DNA of 60,593 bases, filler included, from Diploschistes diacapsis (Eukaryota): NCBI GenBank assembly GCA_023645945.1. It is 7 parts of 7 records of this genome, joined end to end, with 100 filler letters (N's around TTAATTAATTAA, not from the genome) between each part and the next. Parts side by side here need not be neighbours in the genome. Positions count along the whole stretch, not along the records: positions 8,688 to 17,274 come from JALAIB010001127.1; positions 17,375 to 25,948 come from JALAIB010001128.1; positions 26,049 to 34,617 come from JALAIB010001129.1; 4 more parts are not named here. One strand, written 5' to 3'. Under the pieces are notes generated by a model. The model did not search any database, was not told the origin of the DNA, and saw only the letters and a list, made by a program, of their open reading frames with translations. Positions 13,586 to 26,110 of this stretch are shown piece by piece. Both the position numbers and the translations under genes were made by a program. The first letter of the stretch is position 1; each line of letters opens with the position of its first letter.

Positions 13586-14773
13586 CTACTCGCTCACCTC
13601 TTTCTCTAAACTATCTAATTCGCCCAGCTTCCGATCAAGCAACTCCTCAATCTCTGCTGCCACCCTTCTAAAGCTTTCCTTCGCCTTGTCGCTGTTGGTG
13701 TGCTCCACCTGTGACAAAGTCATCAGCTTCATCAAAATTCGATCTCCCGTTGGCAGCGCGTCTGGTTCCAAGCTCGGTTTTTCCAATACAGAAATGTTAC
13801 CAGCGATAATTGTGCTCTTCGCTAATAGGCAGAGGAGCTCCCCTCCTAGACTGAACAGTTCATCCTTTAACGGGCCATCCTGAACCCCATTTTTGATAGA
13901 CGTGAGCATGCTATCGTTCACTGTCTCGCAAAATTCAGGCCATTGTTTCTCGAAATAATGCCTGCTTCTCAAGGCTCGTGCAATTAAATGCCGCCTAAGA
14001 CCCTTGGTGAGCCAGTCCGGCTCCACCCGAAGTTCGGGATGGTTGTTCAGGACGTCCGAAAATATATCTTCCGCGATGTCGTAAATCTCCCAGATATATT
14101 TCTCCCACAGGTTGCCTGCTCGCCTGGCGGCCTCGTCGGAGGGGCCCTTTTCTAAAGCAATCTTTATTCGCTCTGTATTAGCTTTGACAAAGATCCAGTC
14201 GGCCTTGCTGCTGTATTTCTGTTGTAATATGACAAAGTCCCGCAAAAAGGCACTTGTATAGGGTTCGTGTTCCGGAAACCAACTGGCCCATATTGGTGCT
14301 AGTTCTCGGATGAGGTTCAGGAAGGTGCCGGGCTCCAGTAGGTTCATCCCATCTCCAACGGGTGCTGTGTCGTTCAGGAAGCCCACAAGGCGATGCGTTG
14401 TTAGGTAGACTTTCTTGAGCTGTGGATAAAGTCCTACGAAGCAGCCGATTAGAATCCCTAAGGCATAAGGCCAGATCCTTCTCCATCTTGAAGGCTTCAC
14501 TTCTTGGGCTTTGTGCGACTGTTGTACTGTATCAAGACCAGTATGAGATATGGGCTCAGCGTTATAGAAGCCATCTCCTACTTGATTGACACGGAACTGC
14601 CTGCCTGATTCGTCGATGACAACGTATTGCTGAGTAGAGCTGAAACGTATAGAAGCGCGGGTTCTTAGAGAAGAAGCGCACAACGGAGGCACTGATATCT
14701 GCCAGCTCTTGGTCGTATTGAAGGATCGCCAGGAGCAAGAGGAGAAAAATCTTGTTTGCTTCATCAAGGACAT
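13586..14773 (-). CDS. Uncharacterised protein with mitochondrial-type presequence, one TM helix and a helical body
   Basis: Long intronless ORF (open to 14839). Arg/Ser-rich N-terminus ending ...RASIRFSST, TM segment IWPYALGILIGCFVGLYP, and a helical region ending ...EDIFSDVLNNHPEL. Start codon uncertain. Confidence 0.65.
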   Translation of the reverse strand: MSLMKQTRFFSSCSWRSFNTTKSWQISVPPLCASSLRTRASIRFSSTQQYVVIDESGRQFRVNQVGDGFYNAEPISHTGLDTVQQSHKAQEVKPSRWRRIWPYALGILIGCFVGLYPQLKKVYLTTHRLVGFLNDTAPVGDGMNLLEPGTFLNLIRELAPIWASWFPEHEPYTSAFLRDFVILQQKYSSKADWIFVKANTERIKIALEKGPSDEAARRAGNLWEKYIWEIYDIAEDIFSDVLNNHPELRVEPDWLTKGLRRHLIARALRSRHYFEKQWPEFCETVNDSMLTSIKNGVQDGPLKDELFSLGGELLCLLAKSTIIAGNISVLEKPSLEPDALPTGDRILMKLMTLSQVEHTNSDKAKESFRRVAAEIEELLDRKLGELDSLEKEVSE

Positions 14774-15631
14774 TGCTAAAACCGGCAGATCGTTGATTGA
14801 TACAATCTCAGATTGCCTTCTTGAGCATTCCGAATTCACGATTTCACGTGATGGAGCTTCCCTTCATTTTTGTGCAACATTGGACGCGTATTCCATTGCC
14901 GAGGTCGCGTAAAGATGGAATGTTGTTGTTCGGCATGGATATCGCAACAGACTGCATGGTTTCCGCTCACAATATCATAAGTACCATAACAGGTCCGGGA
15001 AAAGGCACTTCTAGCAAAAAGCAATTTAAAAATTCTCTTCACACCTCCACTATCAGCAAGAGCAGTAAGTAGTGGCATTGGAGGCAGGTATTGTGTACAC
15101 TTGAAGACTAGTTTCGTTCTGATAGGTTCTGGTAGGTATATTCGTCCTATTATAGCGCCAATAGTTGGAGTTGGGTTCTCGCATCTGCCTCTGGCTTTTA
15201 AGCGAATCTTGCTTGAACTCATGAAGCCTCCATTACGATCCAACTATCCCTGTTGAGATGCTATGGCTGAATCATTTGGACGCTAGCACCTCAGCCTGTG
15301 TGGCGATGAAGTCCAAGATCAAACAACCGTGCCATATCTCGCTTAATAGAGTTTACCCTTTCTGATACTGTCTTACTTTCTTCGCACCTATCGAAAGAAG
15401 AAGCCCGTCAAGAAGCGTTACTTTGGGTGAAGCGTCCACGCTGGCGGCTGCAGCCTGCTAGGAGCCTACCTATAGCATCGACCCCGAACACATTTCAGCG
15501 TTGCTCCCGCGCTTTCACTGAAGCCCCCTCTTTGTTCTTCCACGTCTGTATATTTGTCCGCTGCCTCGATTTCGTGAAATGAACTGCGAGTTGATGTCGT
15601 TCTGTTACGCTGTGCGTAAGCAACACTCACC

Positions 15632-16493
15632 ATGATTTTCGCTGAGCCTGGTAACCTCTTGTTGTTGCTCTTGAACATCATTGTGTCTGTGGTGTGGGCG
15701 GAATCGGACGGCTACTTTATCGTCCCACCAGCAGCGCAAGCAGCCGGCGACTACAAAGGAAACAAAGTATACTTTGTTGGTGAGGCCGTCCAGCTGCAAT
15801 GGACGACTGATTTATCCTCGCTCTCGCTTTTACTATGGCAACAAAACAATAACACTTCAGCCACTATCTTCCGTATGTGCCTGCTTCGCTTCCCGCCCCT
15901 TACACGTAGCTAACAAGCGTCCAGAAACCTCGCCCAACCAGAATACGTTCCAGTGGCAAGTTTCGCTCTCGTACACGAACACGGCGTTCAACCTCACCCC
16001 ATCAGGAGACATCCCAGGCAACGTGTTCTTCTTCGCCATGTACAACGAATCAGCAACCGACTTCTCCTTCACCTCCCACTACTTCAACATCTCCGCCGAT
16101 CCGGCCCCAAGCAGCACCACAGCCCCAGTGCAAATCAGCACGCCCCCAAGCAGCACCACAGCCCCAGTGCAAATCAGCACGCCCACAAGCACCCCCACTA
16201 TCGTCGCGGCTCACTCAGCAAGCCCGCAGGGCCTTACCGCCGGCCAGCAAGCGGGCATAGGCGTCGGAGTCAGCGCAGCGGGCTTACTCGGTCTCACGGC
16301 TCTGACGTGGTTTCTCTGGCACAGGAAGCCGGCGTGGGCTTCGTGCGGACGGGAGAGGAAGCCCGTCACGATAGCCGGGCCGGAATATGTGGATAAAAAG
16401 GCGGAGATGCCGGGCCAGGGCTGTTTGAGCGAGATGCCGGGCTACATGCAAAGTGAGTTGCCGGCTAATCGGATGGGGCAGGAGCTGCCGTGA
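15632..16493 (+). CDS. Single-pass cell-surface protein (signal peptide, Ser/Thr-rich stalk, TM; Mid2-like architecture), 2 exons
   Basis: Signal peptide, intron 15873-15924, SHYFNIS motif, S/T/P stalk, GLTAGQQAGIGVGVSAAGLLG TM, and cytoplasmic EMP/ELP repeats. Confidence 0.8.
16107..16184 (+). repeat. Perfect 39-bp tandem duplication encoding PSSTTAPVQISTP x2
   Basis: ccaagcagcaccacagccccagtgcaaatcagcacgccc occurs twice in tandem. Confidence 0.95.
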
Positions 16494-17274
16494 TGGTTGG
16501 GACAGGATTGGAGGAAGGGTGGCGAGATGTCAGAGTGTACGGCCAGACAAGCGCGCGTAATGAGTCCCGAAACGGTGATGATAGGGAGTGGTGATATAGC
16601 CTGCACGGGAAATTATGAGACTAGAGTACATATTTGGATAGATTGCGTTAAAAGGCTTGGGCATTCTTATCCGCACCTAGCGCTCGGATTTTGCTTGCAG
16701 TTATTCTCCCGTGTCTTTAATGGCTTGTAGCGCTCCTCAGGCTCTTGTTGATACGCTATACCTACAATGTAAAAGTAATAGAGTACCTTAACTGCATAGG
16801 ATTAGAATTAGAGTCGGCAAAGAGCAGCTCGAGGTAGAAGTGGGATCGACAAACAAACGAGATCAGCCTTGGAATGGCTTGGAAGCGTGGCAGATAGATG
16901 CAGAGCACAGAATAGTTGATTGTATAGCAAAAGCACACTTCGCCTTTCCAACCATTCATCTCAATTCATGTATCAAGCTATGTAATCAGCATTCCCCCGA
17001 GTCGAGTTAGCAATGCTCTTAAGATGCTTTGCAGGCATAGTCATGTTTTTTTTCTGTGCATAGCACGAGCGACATCGTAAGCACCCAACAGCGCTAGAAC
17101 CTTGAAGCTCCAAGCCATCCTCACGGATCCCTCCTCATTCTTCGCCTTGTCACATCTCTCCTCTCCTCCAGATCCACGCAGCCGAGCGCCAAGCCGCCCA
17201 CCTTCTCCTCCTTCCCTCCTAGCCTTCCAAGCAGCCAATCCGTCAGACCTACCACCCGTCCCACCCCTCTCTCG

Positions 17275-17374
17275 NNNNNNNNNNNNNNNNNNNNNNNNNN
17301 NNNNNNNNNNNNNNNNNNTTAATTAATTAANNNNNNNNNNNNNNNNNNNNNNNNNNNNNNNNNNNNNNNNNNNN
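17275..17374. other. Artificial contig linker
   Basis: N44-TTAATTAATTAA-N44. Confidence 0.99.
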
Positions 17375-17394
17375 TCCTAACACCCCCGGCGCCA

Positions 17395-17911
17395 GCCCTT
17401 CCCCAACGTAATCTTCAACCCTTCCTTCGCCATCGCCCCGAGCCCTTCCTCCCACCACCATAGCCACAAACGCATCCACGCCGTCCACATCATGAAGTCG
17501 CCCCCCGAGCTCCGCGCCTCCTACGCCTTCCTCACCAGCATCGTGCCGACCCTCCCAGCTGAACACAGGCCAGATCTCGTCCTGCACCTCGGCCTAGACG
17601 CGGAGCAGGGATATTTTTCTATTGGGAAGAGCGCGGGGAGAGATGGGCATTACGGCGTGCCGGACATGGAGGGGAAGGTGGTGAGTAAGCGGCAGGTGAA
17701 GGAGGCGGAGAGGCTGGGGAGCGGGTTGGGATTTGGAGGATGTTTCGAGGAGATGGGAAGAGGGGCGGGACGGGGAGGAGGGATGTGGTGTTTTTTTGCC
17801 ACGTGCCGTGGCTGGATGGGGCCGATGATATCGAGAAGGGGACGGAGAGATGTTGAGGCGTCGATAAAGGGAACGGTGGATGTTTGGATAGGGCATGGCG
17901 GAAGGGGATAG
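17395..17911 (+). pseudogene. Pyroglutamyl-peptidase I (peptidase C15) pseudogene
   Basis: Motifs are spread over different frames: PFPNVIFNPSFAIA, (R)ALPPT, PDLVLHLGL...YFSIGKSAGRDGH...PDMEGKV, DLEDVSRRW, HVPWLDGADDIEKG. The catalytic-Cys segment (DAGxYxC) is not found. Confidence 0.7.
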
Positions 17912-18698
17912 GAGGGAGGGAAGTGGTGGGATCTGGTTGTTCCCTTGGTGAAGAAAGACCGTTGGGTAGGAAAACCGATGTTGCCCTAATGCCGCATTTG
18001 TGGAAGACACCAGACTTGAACCTTCTGATTCTGTGGTGAGAGCATGACTCTTCGCATCGCAAGTATAGGCAGGTTATGAGCTGTGAGAGTCAGCGATCAT
18101 GTCTTGTCAAACGAGCCCAGATAACACTTGGTACTCACAATTATAGGTTAATGCTGCAGAGGTTGCACTGCTGAGAGCGCTATTAAGCTGGTCATGAATG
18201 GAAGCAAGCCAGTGCTCCAGACAGAAGCCTTCTTATCAGCATTACACAGCCAGCCATAGTACATGTGCATAGGGCACAGCTACTCCACAAACAGGCCACT
18301 TCGCTTCCATATTCTCTTTCCCCAGCAACTTCAGGCAAGCCAAAGCAGCAGTGGAAAGTGCGTTCTTTCGCGTCGACTGGCGGCAGTGTAAGGCCAGTGA
18401 CACAGCGCATCGAGACATGAGCAAGCCCAGGGGTCTCGACGCCAATTGCAAAAATAGATTTAATCACGAGGCTTCCCGTAGGAAGCTTTCAGAGATTAAA
18501 CTGAAAAGAACAGATACTACACTTGATCTAAGCCAAAAGGCAAAGAGAGCTAAAGAAAAAAAGAAAAGAAGAAAGGTGGAAAAAGGTGGGAGGGAGCGAG
18601 AATATATAGAGGTGTTCAGCCCTACAGAGCTCGGTAGTGAAGTAAATTGGAGTGAGTTATGAATAATAGCCTGTATGATTCTTCAACTCAGCCCTGCC

Positions 18699-18705
<7 letters not shown>

Positions 18706-18734
<29 letters not shown>
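18706..18734 (+). repeat. (AG)n microsatellite
   Basis: About 14 AG units. Confidence 0.95.
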
Positions 18735-18737
<3 letters not shown>

Positions 18738-19044
18738 TCCGCCACGCAATTTCTATATTTACTCAGAAAACAATCAGTCTCCTTCATTTTCCTTCCTCAA
18801 TAATGTTTTGCCCAGCGTCCATCACCGGCTGAGCAGATCGACTACGGTTTATATACGGACTCCCAGATACCATACCAATGCTTTGACACTTCTTATCCGG
18901 TACCGGTTGTGGAATCCACAGATTTGACGGCACCATATGAAGAAGATCATCGACACAAGCGCTCACATCCGTACTGTAAGCAAACGATGTCCAGCATGCA
19001 CATGGTTGGTCTGTTCCATCCCCGGGGATTTCTCATAGCTTACA

Positions 19045-19287
19045 ATGTCCACAAGGCGGAGGAGAGCTCACAACCGAGCATCACAGCGAGCATTTCGAGA
19101 GCGAAAAGAGAAGCGCGCGCAAGATCTTCAGAAACAGCTAGACGAGCTCGCGCAAAAGCACAACGAGCTGCAGGCATCCTACGACCGCTTGCCCGATGGC
19201 AACAAGCAATTGAAAGAAGAGAACGGAAAATTGAAAGTGAGCTGTGTGAAATCTCAGACTCAGGCACGCCTCTCTGTGGCGAGATGA
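19045..19287 (+). CDS. bZIP transcription factor domain (gene model uncertain, possibly degenerate)
   Basis: RRRAHNRASQRAFRERKEKRAQDLQKQLDELAQKHNELQASYDRL: basic region plus leucine heptads. A probable upstream exon (~18810-19004) does not splice in frame. Confidence 0.7.
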   Translation: MSTRRRRAHNRASQRAFRERKEKRAQDLQKQLDELAQKHNELQASYDRLPDGNKQLKEENGKLKVSCVKSQTQARLSVAR

Positions 19288-20673
19288 TCTCTTCCTTTCA
19301 TATTGCGAGGCTTTGTACACTTGTGCAATGGGCCAGCACTGAGTGCTGTTGAATCTTGCCTACGCTCTACGCACACTTCGATCGGAAGCGGGTAATGCGG
19401 ATTTCTCTTCCCAAGAAGAAAGGGTGTGCATCAAACTAATTTAGGTTGAGCCAGAGGCCAAGCCGTTTGCAAATGCAATGATACGCCTTTTTCTACGACA
19501 ATCCATGCTTTGATCCCTTCCATCATGATACGGTGCTCAATCCTAGGAGAAGGGCCTTGAAGGGTTGTATCGATTCTATCAAATAGAGACAGCTGTTTGA
19601 AATCTGGAGGCGAGGAGAGCCAGCAGTGGACCAAGTCAGCAGGACGCACGAGTCACTCTGCAATTGGAAGCCCGTGTCAGACCTGAGTTTCATATTGACT
19701 GTTCTTTGTTCTGTTGCCGAACATCTACGACAGTCCCGCTGAGGGCTTTTGCGCTACAGGATCAGGGCACATAAAGTAGCATGTGTTGGAGCCTCTAGGT
19801 GGTCCGGCCAAAGGCTTTTCCCGTCGCCGAGATCGTTGGCAACATTATTCACCCCTAGGACGGCAAGGCTCTGATCCATGCGCCGGTTGATAAGTGCAGT
19901 GTCCGATCAGTTAAATCATGAATGACTATGGAAGAGTTCGTTCGAGCAGGTTGTCTATTCATCGCATAAGCTCCTTTTCGGCATCAGTTGGTTGACGCTA
20001 CATTGCTAGTAGGTAAGAATGCATGCAACTGACAGGGAGGGCTCAAGCGCTTCTTGTAATCTCATTCGTTTGGCAACTCATTGTACAACAGATTACTGGG
20101 ATTTCTGCTTTGAAGTCTGTTAAAGCGGACCTTGCAAACTGGAACGCCTCATAGCGCAGAAGAGATGATTTCTCCGATACCACTTGGGAACTACCGTCTC
20201 GTGGCTTACGATTATGAAGGTACGATGGCAACAGTGCCAGCTCTTCAAGACAACTACTACTGGGTAAGAGAGTGTGGATTGAGGCTGGTGCGTCCATGCC
20301 TGGGAGTGTGATTTTCTTCCGTGGGAGTGCAATTGTGCTGAAGGCTGGGTGGTAGAGAGGGTGATGAGTGAGTGACTGTTTGCAAGCCCAAGATGCATGT
20401 AAATGTCCTCCAACTTTGTCTCCAATCAATCTCTTTCAAAACTCCACGGTGTTAAGTGACTTGCGAAGCTGTCAACGGGAAAAACAAGCAATGGAATTGG
20501 TGCGGGAGAAAAAAAGGACTTTCCACAGCAATGACCCCACCATGCATCATAGCCCGCAATTTCTTCTGAGCGATATCCTAGATATTACTATCTCTTTGAC
20601 GGGCGTGAAAAAGTTTTGTGCTCATTACCTAGAGTGCGAGATAGAAAGCAATTGACCTACATTATCATTCAAG

Positions 20674-23033
20674 ATGGGCTACACTAAGGACGACGAGCTT
20701 TGCATCAATACCATCCGGACTCTTGCCGTATGTTGACAATGCCCCCCGCCCACACCCATGGCCACACGGCCTCAAGTACCAGCAACTCTAGCTCCCAGTG
20801 CTGATTCTGCCTACGTTGTACAGGTCGATGCCACCTTCAAGGCAAACTCGGGTCATCCGGGCGCCCCTATGGGCCTGGCGCCGGCCGCACATGTCCTCTT
20901 CAACAAGTTTATGACTTTCAATCCCCAGAATCCCAGCTGGCCCAACAGGGATCGATTCGTTCTGTCGTAAGGCCTGTGGCGAGAGGTTACGCGGAAGGGC
21001 CTAGCTGAATCTTGAACACTAGTAATGGGCACGGCTGCATGCTCCAATATGCCCTCTTGCATCTGTTCGGGTACAAGGTCTCTTTGGACGATCTGAAAGC
21101 TTTTCGCGTAAGCTAAAGCGATCCTTTTCAAATCTCTGCCGCCGTTGACATGTTGGCCATAGACAGTTGATAGTATCACCCCAGGTCATCCTGAGGTCAC
21201 CGATACTCCTGGTATCGAAGTGACTACTGGACCCCTTGGTCAAGGGTTTGCCAACGCTGTTGGTCTCGCCATTGCTCAAGCGCACACTGGTGCACACTTC
21301 AACAAGGATGGGTTCGAACTGTTCAACAACCATACGTACTGCATCTTCGGCGATGGGTGTGCCATGGAGGGTATTGCCAGCGAGGCAGCCAGCACGGCTG
21401 GTCACTTGCAGCTTGGCAACCTTATCATGCTCTATGATGATAATCATATCTCTATCGGTTTGCATCATCGTCACATCGATATGTCAACTCATGCTTACAA
21501 AGGTCAGATGGCGACACCAAGTGTGCCTTCACCGAGGACGTCATGAAGAGGTTTGAGGCTTACGGATGGCACACGCAGTGGGTGAAAGACGGCGACAGTG
21601 ACCTGGAGGGCATCGAAGCCGCCATCGCCAAGGCCAAGGAAGTCAAGGACAAGCCATCCATGATCAAACTTACCACAACAATCGGCTTCGGTTCCAAGCT
21701 ACAGGGAACCGGCGGCGTGCATGGCAACCCACTCAAGGCGGACGACTGCGAATCGGTCAAGGAAAAGTTTGGCTTCAGCCCCAAGGAGACGTTTGTCGTT
21801 CCGCAAAAGGTGTACGACATGTATCATTCCCACGCCTCTGACGGTGCTGCGGCCGAGCAGAAGTGGAATCAGTTGCTCGAAAAGTATAGCCAACAGCACA
21901 AGACGGAGCACTCGGAAGTTGCGCGAAGACTCAGTGGTAAGCTTGCAGAAGGTTGGGAGAAGAAGCTGCCCACATACAAGCCAACCGATTCGGCTGTCGC
22001 ATCCCGCAAGCTATCCGAAGCTGTTCTGGAAGCAATCTACGAGGAGGTTCCAGAACTCATTGGCGGCTCCGCAGACTTGACTGGCTCGAACAACACACGA
22101 TGGAAGAACGCAGTCGACTTCCAGCCGCCCTCGCTAGGCATCGGAGACTGGTCAGGCCGATATATCCGATATGGTGTCCGTGAGCATGCCATGGCCGGTA
22201 TCATGAACGGTATCTCAGCCTACGGTACTCTCATCCCCTTCGGCGGAACGTTTCTCAACTTCGTTTCCTACGCTGCCGGTGCTGTCCGTCTGTCGTCCCT
22301 TTCGCATCAACGTGTCATTTATGTTGCGACACACGATTCTATTGGGTTGGGAGAGGACGGACCGACCCATCAACCCATCGAGACGCTGGCCCACTTCCGT
22401 GCCCTGCCCAACATGATGGTCTGGCGTCCAGCCGATGGCAACGAAACCAGCGCAGCCTACTACATGGCCCTCACCTCGCGCAACACCCCCAGTATTCTTG
22501 CCTTGACCCGCCAGAACTTGCCGCAGCTGGAGAACTCGACGCTCGAGCACGCGATCAAGGGCGGCTACGTGATGGTCGATACTCCCAACGCCGATATCAC
22601 GCTAGTCAGCACGGGATCCGAGGTAAGCCTGTGCGTTGAGACGGTGAAGGTGCTCAAGGACCAGCACAACATCTCGGCCCGCGTGGTTTCGCTTCCTTGC
22701 TTCGAGGTGTTTGACGCTCAGAGCAAGGAGTACCGTCTCTCCGTTCTCCCGGACGGTATTCCTTCACTGAGCGTGGAGGTGATGTCGACCATGGGCTGGG
22801 AGAGGTATTCGCATGAGCAGTTTGGACTGAACCGGTTCGGCGCTAGCGGTGCGTACAAGGACGTCTACAAGGTAAGAGATGCGGCTTCATCATGGTAGAA
22901 AAGGCTAACGCGATCCCAGAAATTCGAGTTCACGCCAGAGGGTATCGCCAAGCGCGCAATCGCAACGGTGGATTTCTACAAGGGCGTCAAGCCGCGGTCG
23001 CCCGTCAACCGCGCGTTCCAACAACTTATCTGA
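20674..23033 (+). CDS. TKL1: Transketolase (multi-exon)
   Basis: [38 protein letters not shown]...[17 protein letters not shown]...[14 protein letters not shown]...GDGCAMEG...YGVREHAM...[16 protein letters not shown]...[13 protein letters not shown]...FQQLI*. Confidence 0.97.
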
Positions 23034-23941
23034 AGAAGCGAAGGGGGATTGATGGACGAGGAAGGGTGGTCATGAAGATCATCTGCTTTCCATCAGGACA
23101 TAGATAGACGATCTGAATCAAACACAAAAAGTCAGCCGAGTCTGTCTGGGGATACGCTTACTTCCGTATCGCACAATGTGTTTGCGACCTACTGCGTACA
23201 CATAACGACTCGGGCCCACGGAGGGCTAAGAACTTGTCCGGAGCCTGATTCGACGGGGATTTTATCCTCGGATGTACTAAACTAAGCATTACGCGTCGCT
23301 TTCCCAAACAACGTCATAGCAGTTGCATGTATAAAGTGTAGTATTACGAGCTTCCAAAAATAGAACAGGTAAGGAGGAAAGAGGAGAGAGGAGAGAGGAG
23401 AGAGGGAGAAAGGAGAAAAGGAGCCCGCGTGTTTTTCGTGCCTCGCTTAAGCTACCTCCAGCTCTGTCTTGTCCCGCTGTCCAGCCGTTTAGCATCTAAA
23501 CAGCCCAGTATAGCTCCACTTGGGTCGTCCCTGATCCAGAATACGAGCAAGCTGGACTTGTAGCGGGCCCACTATGATAATTGAATCTCGATGCGGAAAA
23601 TTCCCAGCTCAAGAATAATACTCCCACTAACCACTAACCTAAATTCCCCGTCGCTTGAGGTCATACCTTATCATGGATTTCTAGATTTCAACCATCTTTT
23701 TCTTCTTCCCTTTTCCTTCTACGAACTCACGGCCGTTGCTGCTGCCATCTAAACCGACCACGAGTGGCCATATTGCTGTGGCTAGGTGTCCGGGAAGAAA
23801 CCACGTACTGGATCCTGGCTTTCTGTCTGACACGAGGTTCTGAGTGAGAGATCCTCACCGCCCAGTTCGTCATCAGGTTGCTGACCTCTTTCCTATAAAA
23901 GTTTCACCCCCACCTCAACTCAAGTTACCCGACACCTCAAA

Positions 23942-25093
23942 ATGCCCTCCATCCGTTCACTGCTGCTCGCTCTCTTCTTCGCCTCAAGGATCTCGTCCCA
24001 TGTCATCAATGCACCCAAACGACAGCTTGAGACCGCCGAGAAGGAGAGACGCGGCGACGAAAGCGCCTTCCGGGAGCTGCTGGGCCAGGCCGAGCCCACA
24101 GCACTACACGCCGCTCTCCACAACCTGAGCCCGGCAAAGTTCAAACACGGAGCGTTCGAGAGAGACCACACCGCCGCGGAGGTCATTCATCGGGATGATC
24201 CCAGCCTGGGCACAAGTATCGTCGTGCTCGCTCGCCGGCAGAACACAGACACCAGCAACAGCAGTACCCCAGCATCACCTCCTCCCACATCTACACCCGC
24301 ACCAGAGTCAGTCTCTACTTCTTCTTCAAACCCAATCACCTCGTCCTTCTCTTCGTCCCCCTCATCTAACACTCCATCTCCTCCCTCATCAACCGTACCA
24401 ACCGACTACAGTAGCTCGAGCCCTCCGCCATCGCCCTCGACGAGCGTTGTCACTGTAACACCGACCCGGTCCATCATCGTTGTTACCTCGACTTCCTTTG
24501 CCTCCATACCTTCATCCCCCCCTCCAGCCTCTTCGCACGGCAGTTCACCCTCACCTTCATCCTCGCCATCACCATCATCAGCACCATCATCGGTTCCCTC
24601 GCCCTCTGCGTCTGCGTCCGCATCTCAGCCCTCACCTATCACGACGGATGTCGGCTCGCTGAGCACCTCCGTCGAGGTTATTCCAGGACAATCGAGTGCA
24701 GGAGCTTCTCCCTCCTCAGCGGCTGTGTCGAGTCCAGGGGCTGCTTCGTCTTCCGTGGCGGTTGGCGCTTCCTCCAGTCCCAGCCCAACCTCCAGCTCCG
24801 GCTCTGGCTCGGGCAATGGTGGAAGCGGTGGAGGAGGAGCGGGCTATACAAGCGTCTTTCTCGAAACTGTCTCCCTTCCGAACGGACAGCAATCTACTTT
24901 CTTGGCTACTTCCTTCTTCGCGAACGATGTCACGGCTACCATGACTGGCACCGCGGGTGCCGCGGGACCTGCGGGCACGTCGCCGGGCGCCTCCTTACAG
25001 AGCCAAGGCGCTGCTGCTCCTGGCGCTACGATATGGAGTTGGGAAGGAATGGCGGTCCTTGGGGGCGCCGTGGGGGCCTTTGTTGCACTGTGA
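23942..25093 (+). CDS. Ser/Pro-rich secreted, probably GPI-anchored cell-wall protein
   Basis: Signal peptide, a domain ALHAALHNLSPAKFKHGAF, a long S/P/T tract, and C-terminal ASLQSQGAAA followed by a hydrophobic tail. Confidence 0.85.
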   Translation: MPSIRSLLLALFFASRISSHVINAPKRQLETAEKERRGDESAFRELLGQAEPTALHAALHNLSPAKFKHGAFERDHTAAEVIHRDDPSLGTSIVVLARRQNTDTSNSSTPASPPPTSTPAPESVSTSSSNPITSSFSSSPSSNTPSPPSSTVPTDYSSSSPPPSPSTSVVTVTPTRSIIVVTSTSFASIPSSPPPASSHGSSPSPSSSPSPSSAPSSVPSPSASASASQPSPITTDVGSLSTSVEVIPGQSSAGASPSSAAVSSPGAASSSVAVGASSSPSPTSSSGSGSGNGGSGGGGAGYTSVFLETVSLPNGQQSTFLATSFFANDVTATMTGTAGAAGPAGTSPGASLQSQGAAAPGATIWSWEGMAVLGGAVGAFVAL

Positions 25094-25546
25094 GGTGGTG
25101 GTTTTGGGGAAGCCAATAGAAGGAGGCGGGACGGAGAATGGCCTTTCCACAGCGTGTTGCATAGCACAGGCGCACTATTTTAGCTTTATACCTTTTGCTG
25201 GCTGCCTTTTTTAGCGCTGGACTTTTTTTTTGAGCGAGCGACAGGAAGTACATACGAGTTTCCTACTCGATCACGCTCCCTACGACGGACATAACAGGAG
25301 CTAACACTGGGAAAGGGGTGGGATAGATGGCAAAAGCTGAAACGAGGGCCTGGTGGAGCTAATGCGTGGGAGGAGACGTGGGAAGAAGAATATGCGGGGG
25401 CATGCGAGCTCAGATGCAAACCACAGACACATATGAGAGAATATCCAGAGTATATAGCTGAATACTCGCACAACTATAGGCATAATACTCTTGCTTGGCG
25501 TCGAAAAGTGAGGCGGTATTGACATGAGCAATTTTCCAGTGGTATC

Positions 25547-25549
<3 letters not shown>

Positions 25550-25603
<54 letters not shown>
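25550..25603 (+). repeat. (CT)n microsatellite
   Basis: About 27 CT units. Confidence 0.97.
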
Positions 25604-25605
<2 letters not shown>

Positions 25606-25948
25606 TCGCTACGGCTAGATGTTTCCTTGCTCGATGCCTTTACCTGCGAAGACGTCCCACAAGGGCCTTTGAGAGAGCGGGCTCTCTGCTCCTTGCCGGT
25701 TGCAACCCGCTTTGTTCTGCATCCCTGCTTGCCATGGACCAAAAAAAAAATGGGAATAGACGAACGAACGAACGAACCGAATGGGATGTACATACGGAGA
25801 TTTGAAAGATTTAAGCAGCTACACCAAGGGGACTACTCCGGGTATCGTACAGCGCTGCAAACTTGTTTATGCTTTACTTTTTTTTGTTTTCTGATCCGTG
25901 TTTTTGCCGTGGCTTTCCTCCTGCCCCCGCTCCATCCCGCCCCAAACC

Positions 25949-26048
25949 NNNNNNNNNNNNNNNNNNNNNNNNNNNNNNNNNNNNNNNNNNNNTTAATTAA
26001 TTAANNNNNNNNNNNNNNNNNNNNNNNNNNNNNNNNNNNNNNNNNNNN
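25949..26048. other. Artificial contig linker
   Basis: N44-TTAATTAATTAA-N44. Confidence 0.99.
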
Positions 26049-26110
26049 GTGGGTGAGGTGATGGTCGGGACGGTCAGGGTGAGTCCGGGACGGGTGGCGC
26101 GGACGAGCAT
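26049..26110 (-). CDS. Possible 5' start of a gene truncated by the contig end
   Basis: Good initiation context caaaATG and C-ending codons (MLVRATRPGLTLTVPTITSP), preceded by a long intergenic region. Confidence 0.35.
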
